The notes under the pieces were generated by a model. That model was not told the origin of the DNA, did not search any database, and saw only the letters and a list, made by a program, of their open reading frames with translations. A DNA stretch of 64,000 nt from Cyclobacteriaceae bacterium. GTDB lineage: Bacteria; Bacteroidota; Bacteroidia; Cytophagales; Cyclobacteriaceae. The stretch spans positions 5,664 to 69,663 of the forward strand of contig DATJHZ010000195.1 in the NCBI GenBank assembly GCA_035493595.1, read 5' to 3'. Below are positions 1 to 9,401 of this stretch, one piece after another (the stretch's first letter is position 1; every line of letters begins with the position of its first letter). Both the position numbers and the translations under genes were made by a program.

Positions 1-1
1 C

Positions 2-1789
2 CTGCCTAATGAATCGTTAAGCTTTTTTCAATATGCATTAAAAAAAGTCAGGCTAATAAGAAATAGCCAGATTCTTGAAGGCGATATTTTACGTCAGATT
101 TCAACGGCGTATCGTGAAGACGAACTATACAACGAGAGTCTCAACTTTATCTATCAATCCCTTAAAATTTATGAGGCACAAAACGACCATCCCAAATCCA
201 TTGGAGCCTTATACGATGCCATGACTATAAATTACAAGGCGTTTAGTTATGAAGATGCCATCATAGATTTTTATGCTATGCTTGAGATTTATAATAAGCT
301 ACCAAAAGGCTCTGAATCGAGTGAAATAAAATTTCAGATTATGAGTGGGTGGAATACGGTTGGCCTCGCATGCCGGACTCTAAAACGCAATAATGAAGGA
401 CTAGAAGCATTTGTTAAAGCCAGTGAATTGGCGTTGAAAAATAAAAATCAATTCTGGTATGGTCTGATAAACGGTAATAAAGGTGAGCTCTTGTTACAAT
501 TAGGCAACAGAAGCGAGGCAAAAAAATTGTTACTGGAGGATATGAGAATAAGTCTTCATTTTTCTCAGTATCAAAGTGCAGCAGTGACAGCCTGTACGCT
601 AAGCACGCTTTATTTTGAAATAAATGACTTGAAAAAGAGCAAAGATTATCTTGATACAGCTACAACTTTTTTCTCAAAGGGTAATATCTCAGTAAGAGCC
701 CAACAAAAGTATTTATTGGCAACGGCTAAATTGGCCAGCGCAGTTGGCGATTATAAAAAAGCCTATCAATGCGAGGATAGATTAAGAATTCTTCGTGATT
801 CAACATTCACGGAAGAGAAACAACAAAGACTTGCTCAGTTTAAAGCACGTTACGAACTTGAAAAGAAGCAAGATAGAATTCAACTTCTCTCTCATTTGAA
901 TGATCTTCAAAATGAAAAAATTAAAGATCAGGAGCGTTTACTACTAACAGCCCTGGCCATTTCAGTTTTGGCTATTGGATTTCTTGTTTATGCTATTTTG
1001 AACTATAGAAAAGTCAGAATAAAGAACAATACCATTGAATTGCAGCGAAAAGAAATTGAACGTAATAATGTAGCATTAGAAATTAAAGTAAAGCAGCGTA
1101 CCGAAGAGTTGCAGGAAACAAACAATGAGCTCGATAAATTTTTATACCATGCATCACACGATATTCGCAGACCAATAGCAACCATTCTCGGACTGGAACA
1201 GGTAGCCAGATTAACAGATATAGATTCTGAGAAATCGTATTTGTTCGAGCAGGTTGGTGGTACTGCCCGCGATATGGACAGAATGCTCTTTAAACTGCAA
1301 ATGGCACACCAGCTCAACAAGCCCATTACAGATTTTAGTAACATCAATTTGCATCAGGTCATTAATCGAATTTCCAGGCGTTTTGATGATGACTTCAATC
1401 GGTTAAATATAGATTATTTACAGATTCAGGAGAGTGTGATTACCTGTTATACAAGCCCGGCACTTCTAACAATCATTTTAACTAATCTCATTGAAAACGC
1501 CATTAACTTCAGAAAAAACTATGGTCATGAAAAACCATACATAAAAGTAACGCTGGATAGTGTGGATGGATATATAAAATTAATTATTGAAGACAATGGC
1601 ATAGGAATAATGGAACAATACCTTGACAAGATATTTGATCTCTACTTCCGTGGAAACGAACAATCAAAAGGAAATGGTCTTGGACTTTATCTTGTAAAGA
1701 AAACTGTATCACTGCTCAATGGCACAATCGATGTTAAAAGTGAGATTGAACTTGGCACCACCTTTACAATTCAGCTACCAAACGAATAG
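2..1789 (+). CDS. TPR-repeat sensor histidine kinase, 5' end outside the window
   Basis: The frame is open from base 2, upstream of the track's Met at 221. TPR-like N-terminal region, one TM segment, coiled coil, H-box HASHDIRRPIATILGL, and HATPase_c motifs (NLIENAINF, DNGIGI, GNGLGLYLVKK). Confidence 0.8.
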   Translation: MPNESLSFFQYALKKVRLIRNSQILEGDILRQISTAYREDELYNESLNFIYQSLKIYEAQNDHPKSIGALYDAMTINYKAFSYEDAIIDFYAMLEIYNKLPKGSESSEIKFQIMSGWNTVGLACRTLKRNNEGLEAFVKASELALKNKNQFWYGLINGNKGELLLQLGNRSEAKKLLLEDMRISLHFSQYQSAAVTACTLSTLYFEINDLKKSKDYLDTATTFFSKGNISVRAQQKYLLATAKLASAVGDYKKAYQCEDRLRILRDSTFTEEKQQRLAQFKARYELEKKQDRIQLLSHLNDLQNEKIKDQERLLLTALAISVLAIGFLVYAILNYRKVRIKNNTIELQRKEIERNNVALEIKVKQRTEELQETNNELDKFLYHASHDIRRPIATILGLEQVARLTDIDSEKSYLFEQVGGTARDMDRMLFKLQMAHQLNKPITDFSNINLHQVINRISRRFDDDFNRLNIDYLQIQESVITCYTSPALLTIILTNLIENAINFRKNYGHEKPYIKVTLDSVDGYIKLIIEDNGIGIMEQYLDKIFDLYFRGNEQSKGNGLGLYLVKKTVSLLNGTIDVKSEIELGTTFTIQLPNE

Positions 1790-1794
1790 ATCCA

Positions 1795-4700
1795 CTACAT
1801 ATTCCTTCTATACTGTCCGCCCACTTCAAACAAAGCTTTTGTAAGCTGACCTAGTGAGCAAACCTTCGTAGCTTCCATCAAAGCTTCAAAAATGTTTTTG
1901 TTTTGAATAGCGGCCTGTTGAGCAACTTCTACTTTTTCGTTTGCTTTTGTACCATGCAACTCATGAAGGCCTCTCAGCATTTTTATTTGATATTCTTTTT
2001 CTTCCGTTGTAGCGCGGATTACTTCTTTTGGTACGATAGTAGGAGATCCTTTCGAACTTAAGAAAGTGTTGACACCTATGATTGGATATTCGCCAGTATG
2101 TTTGAGTGTTTCATAATACAAACTCTCTTCCTGAATCTTGCCACGTTGATACATGGTTTCCATAGCACCCAGTACGCCGCCACGTTCGGTGATACGATCA
2201 AACTCCGTAAGCACTGCTTCTTCTACAAGGTCTGTTAATTCTTCAATGATGAATGATCCCTGTAGAGGATTTTCATTCTTAGCCAGACCTAATTCTTTAT
2301 TGATGATAAGCTGAATAGCCATAGCACGACGAACTGATTCTTCGGTAGGCGTTGTGATGGCTTCATCGTACGCATTGGTATGAAGCGAATTACAATTATC
2401 ATAAATAGCATACAAGGCTTGCAGCGTTGTACGAATATCATTGAAGTCAATCTCTTGTGCGTGAAGCGAGCGTCCTGATGTTTGAATGTGATACTTCAAC
2501 ATCTGGCTTCGACTGTTTGCATTATATTTCGTCTTCATCGCCTTTGCCCAAAGTCTTCTGGCCACACGACCTATTACTGCATATTCAGGATCGATGCCAT
2601 TACTGAAGAAGAAAGAAAGGTTAGGAGCAAAGTCATTGATGTCCATACCCCGGCTTAAATAATATTCTACATAGGTAAAGCCGTTGGCTAACGTGAAAGC
2701 AAGTTGAGTAATGGGGTTCGCACCAGCTTCAGCAATATGATAACCCGATATGGATACAGAATAGAAATTTCTTACGTTGTTGTTGATAAAATATTGCTGT
2801 ACATCACCCATGAGGCGAAGAGCAAATTCAGTTGAGAAGATGCAAGTGTTCTGAGCCTGATCTTCTTTTAATATATCAGCCTGAACAGTACCACGTACTT
2901 GCGATAATGTTTCAGCTTTTATTTTTGCATACACATCTGCCGGAAGAACCTGATCACCGGTAACACCCAACAACATCAATCCAAGACCATTGTTACCTTT
3001 TGGCAACGGTCCCTGATAGGAGGGACGAAGATGTTCTTTGCCTTTATACAGCGCTGCTATTTTTTGTTTTACTTCTTCTTCAAACCCTTGCTGCTTTATG
3101 TAAAGTTCACATTGCTGATCAATGGCTGCATTCATAAAATAGCCAAGCAACATTGGAGCAGGTCCATTGATTGTCATGGATACTGACGTCTTGGGATCAG
3201 ACAGATTGAAGCCGCTGTATAATTTCTTGGCATCATCGAGACAACAGATACTTACTCCTGAGTTTCCAATTTTACCATAGATATCCGGACGATAATCAGG
3301 ATCATGGCCATAGAGTGTTACAGAGTCAAACGCTGTTGAAAGACGTTTGGCTGGCATAGTTAAACTTACATAATGAAAGCGACGATTTGTGCGCTCAGGT
3401 CCGCCCTCACCGGCAAACATACGCGTAGGGTCTTCACCTTCTCGTTTGAAAGGATAGATGCCAGCTGTATATGGAAATTCTCCCGGTACATTTTCAGTGA
3501 GATTCCATTTCAATAAATCACCCCACGCTTCGTATGATGGCAGTGTGATCTTTGGAATCTGCAAATGAGAAAGAGATTCATCATGCGTCTTGATACCAAT
3601 CTCTTTATCGCGCACTTTAAATTTAAATAGTGGTGCTTTGTATTGCTGAACTTTCGCAGACCACTCTTCAATAACTTTTAAATTCTTTGGATCAAGATTT
3701 AACTTCAATCTGTCAAACTCAGCCTGAAGAACTTTAATGACGTCATCATTACCAGCAGGTAATCCTTTTATAGTCTTCTGTATAGCGTAGAGTTGTTGTG
3801 CTACTTCTTTTTGTTGATCAGTCCAGCTATTATAATTTCTATTGCTCTCCGATATTTCAGAGAGGTAGCGTGTGCGATGAGGAGGTATCACAAAAATTTT
3901 CTCCGACATCTCACGTGTAATCTGGAATGTTGACTTCAGGTTGGCTCCTGTTTTTTCAACAACTTTATCGAGCAGTTGTTTGTAGAGTTGATTGGTACCG
4001 GGGTCATTAAATTGAGAAGCAATCGTTCCGAATACCGGCATCTCATCAGCAGGTGTGTTCCATAATTGATGATTCCGCTGATATTGTTTCTTCACATCGC
4101 GTAAAGCATCAAGTGCACCTCGCTTATCAAATTTGTTCAAGGCTATAACATCAGCGAAATCAAGCATGTCGATTTTCTCCAGCTGAGTTGCTGCTCCATA
4201 TTCCGGAGTCATAACATAAAGCGAAACATCGCTGTGATCTAAAATCTCAGTATCACTTTGACCAATACCAGATGTTTCTAAAATGATCAGATCATAACCG
4301 GCAGCCTTTAATACAAGAATGGCTTCCTTCACATATGAAGATAGCGCCAGGTTACTTTGGCGTGTTGCCAGTGAGCGCATAAATACTCTTGGGTTGTTGA
4401 TAGCATTCATGCGAATACGATCGCCCAAAAGTGCACCACCCGTTTTTCGTTTAGACGGATCGACAGAAATCAATCCAATAGTTTTATCCTTGAAGTCAAG
4501 AAGAAAGCGTCTTACAATTTCATCAACCATAGATGATTTACCAGCACCACCTGTACCAGTAATACCAAGCACAGGTGCTTGCGATTTCTCAGCAAGAACT
4601 TTTACTTTATTAAATACAGACTGACTTTGTTCATAGAAGTTTTCAGCCGCAGATATAATGCGTGCAATGGAAACTGGATTTTTAGAAGCAAGCTGATCAA

Positions 4701-5217
4701 CTTCATTGGTTAACTGATCGCCAAGTGGATAATCACTTTGCTGAACCAGATCATTAATCATTCCCTGCAAACCCATAGACCTGCCATCATCAGGAGAGTA
4801 GATCCTGGTAATTCCATAGTCCATTAATTCTTTAATCTCTTCAGGTAGAATAACTCCACCGCCGCCACCAAAGATTTTGATATGGCTTGCACCTTTTTCT
4901 TTCAGCAAGTCATACATGTATTTAAAGTATTCTGTATGGCCGCCTTGATAACTGGTTAATGCAATGGCCTGAGCATCTTCCTGAATAGCAGTATTCACCA
5001 CCTCATCAACACTGCGATCATGTCCAAGGTGAATCACTTCACAACCAGTACCCTGAATAATTCGGCGCATAATGTTAATGGCCGCGTCATGCCCATCAAA
5101 AAGACTGGCCGCGGTTACAATACGTACTTTATTTTTAGGTTTATAAGGTTCTGGCGCCTGATGACCTGCCAGGTTTGGTTTCTCCTTTTTCTGAGCGCTG
5201 ATGGTTTCTGTACTCAT
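1795..5217 (-). CDS. icmF: Fused isobutyryl-CoA mutase (B12-binding domain + MeaB-like GTPase + mutase catalytic domain)
   Basis: 1140 aa. N-terminal B12 motif FDGHDAAIN, central P-loop [12 protein letters not shown] (MeaB/ArgK type), and a C-terminal methylmalonyl-CoA-mutase-like barrel. Confidence 0.85.
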   Translation of the reverse strand: MSTETISAQKKEKPNLAGHQAPEPYKPKNKVRIVTAASLFDGHDAAINIMRRIIQGTGCEVIHLGHDRSVDEVVNTAIQEDAQAIALTSYQGGHTEYFKYMYDLLKEKGASHIKIFGGGGGVILPEEIKELMDYGITRIYSPDDGRSMGLQGMINDLVQQSDYPLGDQLTNEVDQLASKNPVSIARIISAAENFYEQSQSVFNKVKVLAEKSQAPVLGITGTGGAGKSSMVDEIVRRFLLDFKDKTIGLISVDPSKRKTGGALLGDRIRMNAINNPRVFMRSLATRQSNLALSSYVKEAILVLKAAGYDLIILETSGIGQSDTEILDHSDVSLYVMTPEYGAATQLEKIDMLDFADVIALNKFDKRGALDALRDVKKQYQRNHQLWNTPADEMPVFGTIASQFNDPGTNQLYKQLLDKVVEKTGANLKSTFQITREMSEKIFVIPPHRTRYLSEISESNRNYNSWTDQQKEVAQQLYAIQKTIKGLPAGNDDVIKVLQAEFDRLKLNLDPKNLKVIEEWSAKVQQYKAPLFKFKVRDKEIGIKTHDESLSHLQIPKITLPSYEAWGDLLKWNLTENVPGEFPYTAGIYPFKREGEDPTRMFAGEGGPERTNRRFHYVSLTMPAKRLSTAFDSVTLYGHDPDYRPDIYGKIGNSGVSICCLDDAKKLYSGFNLSDPKTSVSMTINGPAPMLLGYFMNAAIDQQCELYIKQQGFEEEVKQKIAALYKGKEHLRPSYQGPLPKGNNGLGLMLLGVTGDQVLPADVYAKIKAETLSQVRGTVQADILKEDQAQNTCIFSTEFALRLMGDVQQYFINNNVRNFYSVSISGYHIAEAGANPITQLAFTLANGFTYVEYYLSRGMDINDFAPNLSFFFSNGIDPEYAVIGRVARRLWAKAMKTKYNANSRSQMLKYHIQTSGRSLHAQEIDFNDIRTTLQALYAIYDNCNSLHTNAYDEAITTPTEESVRRAMAIQLIINKELGLAKNENPLQGSFIIEELTDLVEEAVLTEFDRITERGGVLGAMETMYQRGKIQEESLYYETLKHTGEYPIIGVNTFLSSKGSPTIVPKEVIRATTEEKEYQIKMLRGLHELHGTKANEKVEVAQQAAIQNKNIFEALMEATKVCSLGQLTKALFEVGGQYRRNM

Positions 5218-5238
5218 CTAAAATGTGGTTTTGAGCTT

Positions 5239-5246
5239 CAAAAGTA
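5239..5246 (-). promoter_or_regulatory. Candidate Bacteroidota sigma-A -7 box (TACTTTTG) upstream of icmF
   Basis: Exact TAnnTTTG match on the minus strand, 22 nt upstream of the icmF ATG. Confidence 0.35.
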
Positions 5247-5387
5247 CAGAGAAGTGCTGTATTAAGCTAACGATGGTTAGGGGTCTTTCGCCGCTAAATA
5301 AAGCATCTTATAGTGATGCCAGCTTACATTAGAAACCACTGCCGGATGTATGTCCGTAAAAACCAAAAAACTAACGTTTAAATATTT

Positions 5388-5990
5388 ATGATTAGAAAAG
5401 TGTTTCGAGTTGCGATTGTAATTGTTGCAGTAATGTTTGTTCATCAGGCAAAGGCACAGGATGTTGCTTTTGGATTGAAGGGTGGTGTAAACCTCACAAA
5501 TCTTAAGGTTAGTGATGCCCAGGGAACATACGATTCGAGAACAGGTTATCACGCTGGTGTATTTCTCCGTGGCAAATTCAATAAGGTTGGTATACAGCCT
5601 GAGGTATTGTTATTCACCCAGAGCAATAAAATTGATTATGGTAGCCTTGGAACGGTAAAACAAAGTTTCACTTATCTAAGCATACCGGTGATGCTCAAGT
5701 TCTATCCCGTTGGAGGCTTGAATATTCAGGCAGGTCCGCAATTTGGATTCTTACTGGATGGACAACGAAAGTATGACAATGGATTTGTTACAAGTACGCA
5801 AAACATTAAAGACTATTACAAGAGCAGCGATGTGTCTGTATCAGTAGGTGCAGGTTATGATTTTGGATTTGGTCTCGGACTTGACGTTCGTTACAATCTT
5901 GGTATTCAAGATATCAATGCCGCATCTAATAATGAAAAAGTTAAGAGCCAGGTGTTTCTGGTATCAGTAGGATGGAATTTCCTGAAATAA
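5388..5990 (+). CDS. Outer-membrane beta-barrel protein (porin-family/OmpA-like barrel)
   Basis: Signal peptide ending AKAQ, alternating beta-strand pattern, aromatic C-terminus (GWNFLK). Confidence 0.65.
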   Translation: MIRKVFRVAIVIVAVMFVHQAKAQDVAFGLKGGVNLTNLKVSDAQGTYDSRTGYHAGVFLRGKFNKVGIQPEVLLFTQSNKIDYGSLGTVKQSFTYLSIPVMLKFYPVGGLNIQAGPQFGFLLDGQRKYDNGFVTSTQNIKDYYKSSDVSVSVGAGYDFGFGLGLDVRYNLGIQDINAASNNEKVKSQVFLVSVGWNFLK

Positions 5991-6024
5991 AAATAAACTA
6001 CAAGCCCCTCTAAAAACAAGTAGT

Positions 6025-6059
6025 AAAATGACTGTTCCTGTTTATCAGGCAGTCATTTT
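6025..6059. terminator. Bidirectional stem-loop terminator between convergent genes
   Basis: AAAATGACTG (6025-6034) pairs perfectly with CAGTCATTTT (6050-6059). An inner CCTG/CAGG pair extends the stem, with A-run and T-run flanks. Confidence 0.6.
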
Positions 6060-6440
6060 TTATTCTTCATAGAAATCAATCAGGCTATTGAAATATATTT
6101 CGTCCCAGCCTTCAACAATATCCTGGTAATCTTCATTAGGAATATTGGTATGTTTCAGTTCAACAGATGTACCGATTTTATGTGGATGCAATGTAATGGT
6201 TACGATAGAGTCTTCAGCTTGTTCACCAAAATACCATTGCTGCACTATTTTTTTATTCTCGATAAACTCAAGGTTCTTGCCTTCAATGCTTCCATCCCAC
6301 ATAGAGAACTCACTGTTTGGTTCGGTGGACATAACAGCAGGTTCACCAGACCATAGATGAATTGTATTAGGATTTGTGAGCGCCAGGTAAACATCTTCTG
6401 GAGGCGCAGAGATCAGGTAGTATTTTTTAAAGTCTTTCAA
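6060..6440 (-). CDS. SRPBCC / Aha1-domain (AHSA1-like) protein
   Basis: 126 aa with the typical START-like Aha1 pattern (IHLWSGEPA, KIVQQW, GTSVELKHTNIP). Confidence 0.7.
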   Translation of the reverse strand: MKDFKKYYLISAPPEDVYLALTNPNTIHLWSGEPAVMSTEPNSEFSMWDGSIEGKNLEFIENKKIVQQWYFGEQAEDSIVTITLHPHKIGTSVELKHTNIPNEDYQDIVEGWDEIYFNSLIDFYEE

Positions 6441-6568
6441 GAGCTTGTTTTAAAATATATGATCAAAAGTACAAAAGATTATTAATCGTAATGAAGTAAA
6501 GCTCCGCTGACTCATTCTAAAATTGATTTAAAGCATTAGCTTTATAGAAACCGTAAAACTCTCACAGT

Positions 6569-6931
6569 ATGTCAAACATTAAAACCATGCTCGATGAATG
6601 GGCTGTAAAAGACCTTGAAGATGGATCATCATTAAAGATTGGTGTAGCCAGCTGCACCGAAATGGGTAATGAATCCAAACCCGGCATTCAGGTATTCTAC
6701 CTTGGCTACACTGTAAACTATGAACCTGTTATTACAGAACGATGGGTATACCAGGCAAACAAAAAAGGTGTGACTGAATATCTTCTGGAAGATTACTCAT
6801 GGATGGCACATGAAGATCAATACATCAAAAACTATCTCATCATTGGTACACCACTTAAAGCGAGGGTAGAAGTTAAAACACGAAGCTCAAAGCCAGTGAT
6901 TAAGGAATATGATCTGCCGTTTCAGTTTTAA
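6569..6931 (+). CDS. Hypothetical protein
   Basis: 120-aa ORF in a gap not covered by other genes. No motif recognised. Confidence 0.45.
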   Translation: MSNIKTMLDEWAVKDLEDGSSLKIGVASCTEMGNESKPGIQVFYLGYTVNYEPVITERWVYQANKKGVTEYLLEDYSWMAHEDQYIKNYLIIGTPLKARVEVKTRSSKPVIKEYDLPFQF

Positions 6932-7605
6932 ATTCCACTTTCTACATTAAACTCATTCTCCTTTTCAATAACCATTTCCTCATTCGTGATGGGATGGAAG
7001 AATATTAATTTGCACGCATGAAGTGCTATTGAATCTGGCTTGTAAGGAACATCAGAGCCGTACATGTTGTCACCAATAATAGGGCAGCCCGTTGCTGATA
7101 GTTGAGCTCGTATTTGATGATACTTGCCGGTATGAAGTTCAATGTTCCATAAGAATCTATTTTGAGAAAATTTACTCACGCTATAATTGAGTAATGCCTT
7201 TTCTGCCCATGGTTGTACTTCGTTATAGAGCGCAGCTTTCTTCTTTTCTTTTCTGTGCCAGTGCTCTAATGTTCCTGTTAATTCTGCCGGTGCATGAGCT
7301 GTTAGTGCCTGATAGTATTTTTTTACTTTTCGCTCTGCAAATTGCTCACTTAAGTTTTTTAGAACAGCACGTTGTTTCGCAAAAAGCACGATACCACTAA
7401 CGGGTCTGTCGAGTCTGTGAATATGCTGAGCATAAAGTTCTGTACCTACAGGTAAAGATGTTTTCAAATAGCGTTGTACTTGTTGCAATAAATTAGGATG
7501 ACCATTTCTATCCGGTTCAACCATGAGACTGCATGGTTTGTAAAGCACAATAATGTAAGGGTCTTCAAAAAGAATGTGATCAGGTATGTTTAGTTGTATA
7601 GACAT
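6928..7605 (-). CDS. RluA-family pseudouridine synthase
   Basis: Catalytic motif HRLDRPVSGIVLFAK and a HQIR motif. Confidence 0.85.
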   Translation of the reverse strand: MSIQLNIPDHILFEDPYIIVLYKPCSLMVEPDRNGHPNLLQQVQRYLKTSLPVGTELYAQHIHRLDRPVSGIVLFAKQRAVLKNLSEQFAERKVKKYYQALTAHAPAELTGTLEHWHRKEKKKAALYNEVQPWAEKALLNYSVSKFSQNRFLWNIELHTGKYHQIRAQLSATGCPIIGDNMYGSDVPYKPDSIALHACKLIFFHPITNEEMVIEKENEFNVESGI

Positions 7606-7724
7606 CAGTTGCTTCCGAGGTCTAAAAGTATAATTAATTTATTCACACCGGTACATGAGGTCATTTTTATGAATTGACCCCAATCAGATCATTGCCCATA
7701 CTTATTTCTTCCGCCCATAATTCC

Positions 7725-7852
7725 TACGTATATAAAAACTACGTATAAAAGACCCATACCGCAAACGATTTTCTACGTAATTAGGTATTTTTGTAAAATA
7801 TTTTACGTAATATTTACGTATTTAAAATATTATTTACTTAGTTTTATACGTA
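7725..7852. promoter_or_regulatory. Array of six TACGTA palindromes upstream of narK (putative operator cluster)
   Basis: TACGTA at 7725, 7740, 7774, 7804, 7815 and 7847 (first bases), inside the 270-bp AT-rich region between the rluA-like gene and narK. Confidence 0.5.
7786..7793 (+). promoter_or_regulatory. Candidate -7 box (TATTTTTG) for the nitrate-uptake operon
   Basis: Exact TAnnTTTG match 83 nt upstream of the narK ATG, lying between TACGTA copies 3 and 4. Confidence 0.3.
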
Positions 7853-7875
7853 TAAAGTACTTAAAATATTAAATC

Positions 7876-9234
7876 ATGAGTCAGTTAGTTACATCGAAGG
7901 CCACTCGCATTAACCTTCTTGATTTCAAATCGGTGCCCATGCGTGCCTTTCACCTTACGTGGATCACTTTCTTTATGTGTTTCTTCGGATGGTTTGGTAT
8001 TGCCCCATTAATGCCAATCATCCGCAAAGATTTAGGATTGACTCAAAGTCAGATTGGTAACATCATCATTGCATCGGTAGCGATCACCATTTTCGCTCGC
8101 CTCTTTATTGGATGGTTGTGCGATAAGATTGGTCCACGAATCTGTTATACCTTATTATTAATCATAGGATCAATTCCTGTGATGACAATTGGCTTAAGCA
8201 ACAGTTACGAGAGCTTCCTGTTATTCAGGTTAGCGATCGGTGTTATAGGAGCTTCATTTGTTGTCACCCAATATCATACTTCAGTGATGTTTGCTCCCAA
8301 CGTTGTTGGTACCGCCAATGCAACAGTTGCTGGTTGGGGTAACATGGGTGGTGGTGTAACACTTATGGTAATGCCGTTAGTGTTTGCTGCATTTGTTGGT
8401 GCAGGTTATGTAGATGCTGCGGCATGGAGATATAGTATGGTAGTACCTGGTGCTGCGCTTTTCATTATGGGTTTTGTTTACTACTTCTTCACACAAGATA
8501 CACCTGATGGAAATCTCGCTGATCTTCGTAAGAATAATCCCGATTACCAGGCGAAAGCTAAAGGAGCTAAAGGCAGCTTTGGTATGGCACTTCGCGATCA
8601 TCGTGTTTGGGTTTTGTTTCTAGCGTATGGTGCATGCTTCGGTATTGAAATCACTATTGACAATATTGCTTCACTTTACTTTGTTGACAACTTTCACTTA
8701 GGACTTAAGGAAGCAGGTTTGATTGCTGGCTGCTTCGGAATGATGAACATTTTTGCCCGCGCGCTGGGTGGTATCTTCGGAGATAAAGCAGGTAAGAAAT
8801 TTGGACTACGTGGTCGTATCATGATCCTGGGGATCTTCTTATTGTGTGAAGGTCTTGGTATCATGTTATTCTCTTCTATGGATGTTCTTCCATGGGCTAT
8901 TGCTACCATGTTACTTTTTGCACTCTTTCTTAAAATGTCAAATGGTGCAACCTATTCAGTTGTTCCATTCATAAATACTAAAGCTGTAGGTGCTGTGTCA
9001 GGTATTGTTGGTGCAGGTGGAAATCTGGGTGCTGTACTGGCAGGCTTTCTTTTCAAATCAGAAAATATATCATACCGTGAGAGCTTATTCATCATCGGTA
9101 TAGCAGTATCGGTTGTGTCTATAATTGCGCTTCTGTTAAGTCTGTCAAGAAAAACTGCAGAAGAAATTCTTGCTCCTCAATTAACACCAGAATCAGAATT
9201 GAAGGAAGCTTATGTGTATGCTGATAAAAATTAA
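7876..9234 (+). CDS. narK: MFS nitrate/nitrite transporter (NNP family)
   Basis: 12-TM MFS protein with both NNP signatures (AGWGNMGGGV and GAGGNLGAV). Confidence 0.85.
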   Translation: MSQLVTSKATRINLLDFKSVPMRAFHLTWITFFMCFFGWFGIAPLMPIIRKDLGLTQSQIGNIIIASVAITIFARLFIGWLCDKIGPRICYTLLLIIGSIPVMTIGLSNSYESFLLFRLAIGVIGASFVVTQYHTSVMFAPNVVGTANATVAGWGNMGGGVTLMVMPLVFAAFVGAGYVDAAAWRYSMVVPGAALFIMGFVYYFFTQDTPDGNLADLRKNNPDYQAKAKGAKGSFGMALRDHRVWVLFLAYGACFGIEITIDNIASLYFVDNFHLGLKEAGLIAGCFGMMNIFARALGGIFGDKAGKKFGLRGRIMILGIFLLCEGLGIMLFSSMDVLPWAIATMLLFALFLKMSNGATYSVVPFINTKAVGAVSGIVGAGGNLGAVLAGFLFKSENISYRESLFIIGIAVSVVSIIALLLSLSRKTAEEILAPQLTPESELKEAYVYADKN

Positions 9235-9293
9235 CCTAAACGATAGATAAGTTGAATCTAAACTCTCGATAATAGAAAACAAGTCAGGCTTCG

Positions 9294-9324
9294 GGTGCTC
9301 AGACTACCAGGTAATCTGAGCACC
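9294..9324 (+). other. Perfect 10-bp stem-loop downstream of narK
   Basis: GGTGCTCAGA (9294-9303) pairs with TCTGAGCACC (9315-9324) around an 11-nt loop. It is followed by an A-run rather than a T-run. Confidence 0.4.
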
Positions 9325-9331
9325 AAAAAGA

Positions 9332-9368
9332 AGTCCCCTTTCTGAACGGCGAATTCTTCCAGGGGACT
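9332..9368 (+). other. Second stem-loop (8-bp stem) between narK and the porin gene
   Basis: AGTCCCCT (9332-9339) pairs with AGGGGACT (9361-9368). Confidence 0.35.
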
Positions 9369-9401
9369 AATTATTAGTTGTTACACTAAACCTTCAAATT
9401 T

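Noticed and set aside
1003-1347. 114-aa antisense ORF inside the histidine kinase gene. The same applies to 4319-4624, 5020-5265, 6145-6360, 7194-7400, 8377-8909 and similar short ORFs.
   Set aside because: Each lies entirely within, and antisense or out of frame to, a long ORF with clear family motifs. Their compositions are low-complexity or odd and they have no motifs of their own.
5277-5552. 91-aa minus-strand ORF upstream of icmF.
   Set aside because: It overlaps the signal-peptide region of the well-supported outer-membrane barrel gene on the other strand, and covers the icmF promoter region.
7725-7852. Interpreting the TACGTA sites as NtcA/CRP-type GTA-N8-TAC boxes.
   Set aside because: The adjacent GTA...TAC pairs give spacers of 9 and 5 nt, not 8, so the canonical NtcA architecture is not supported.
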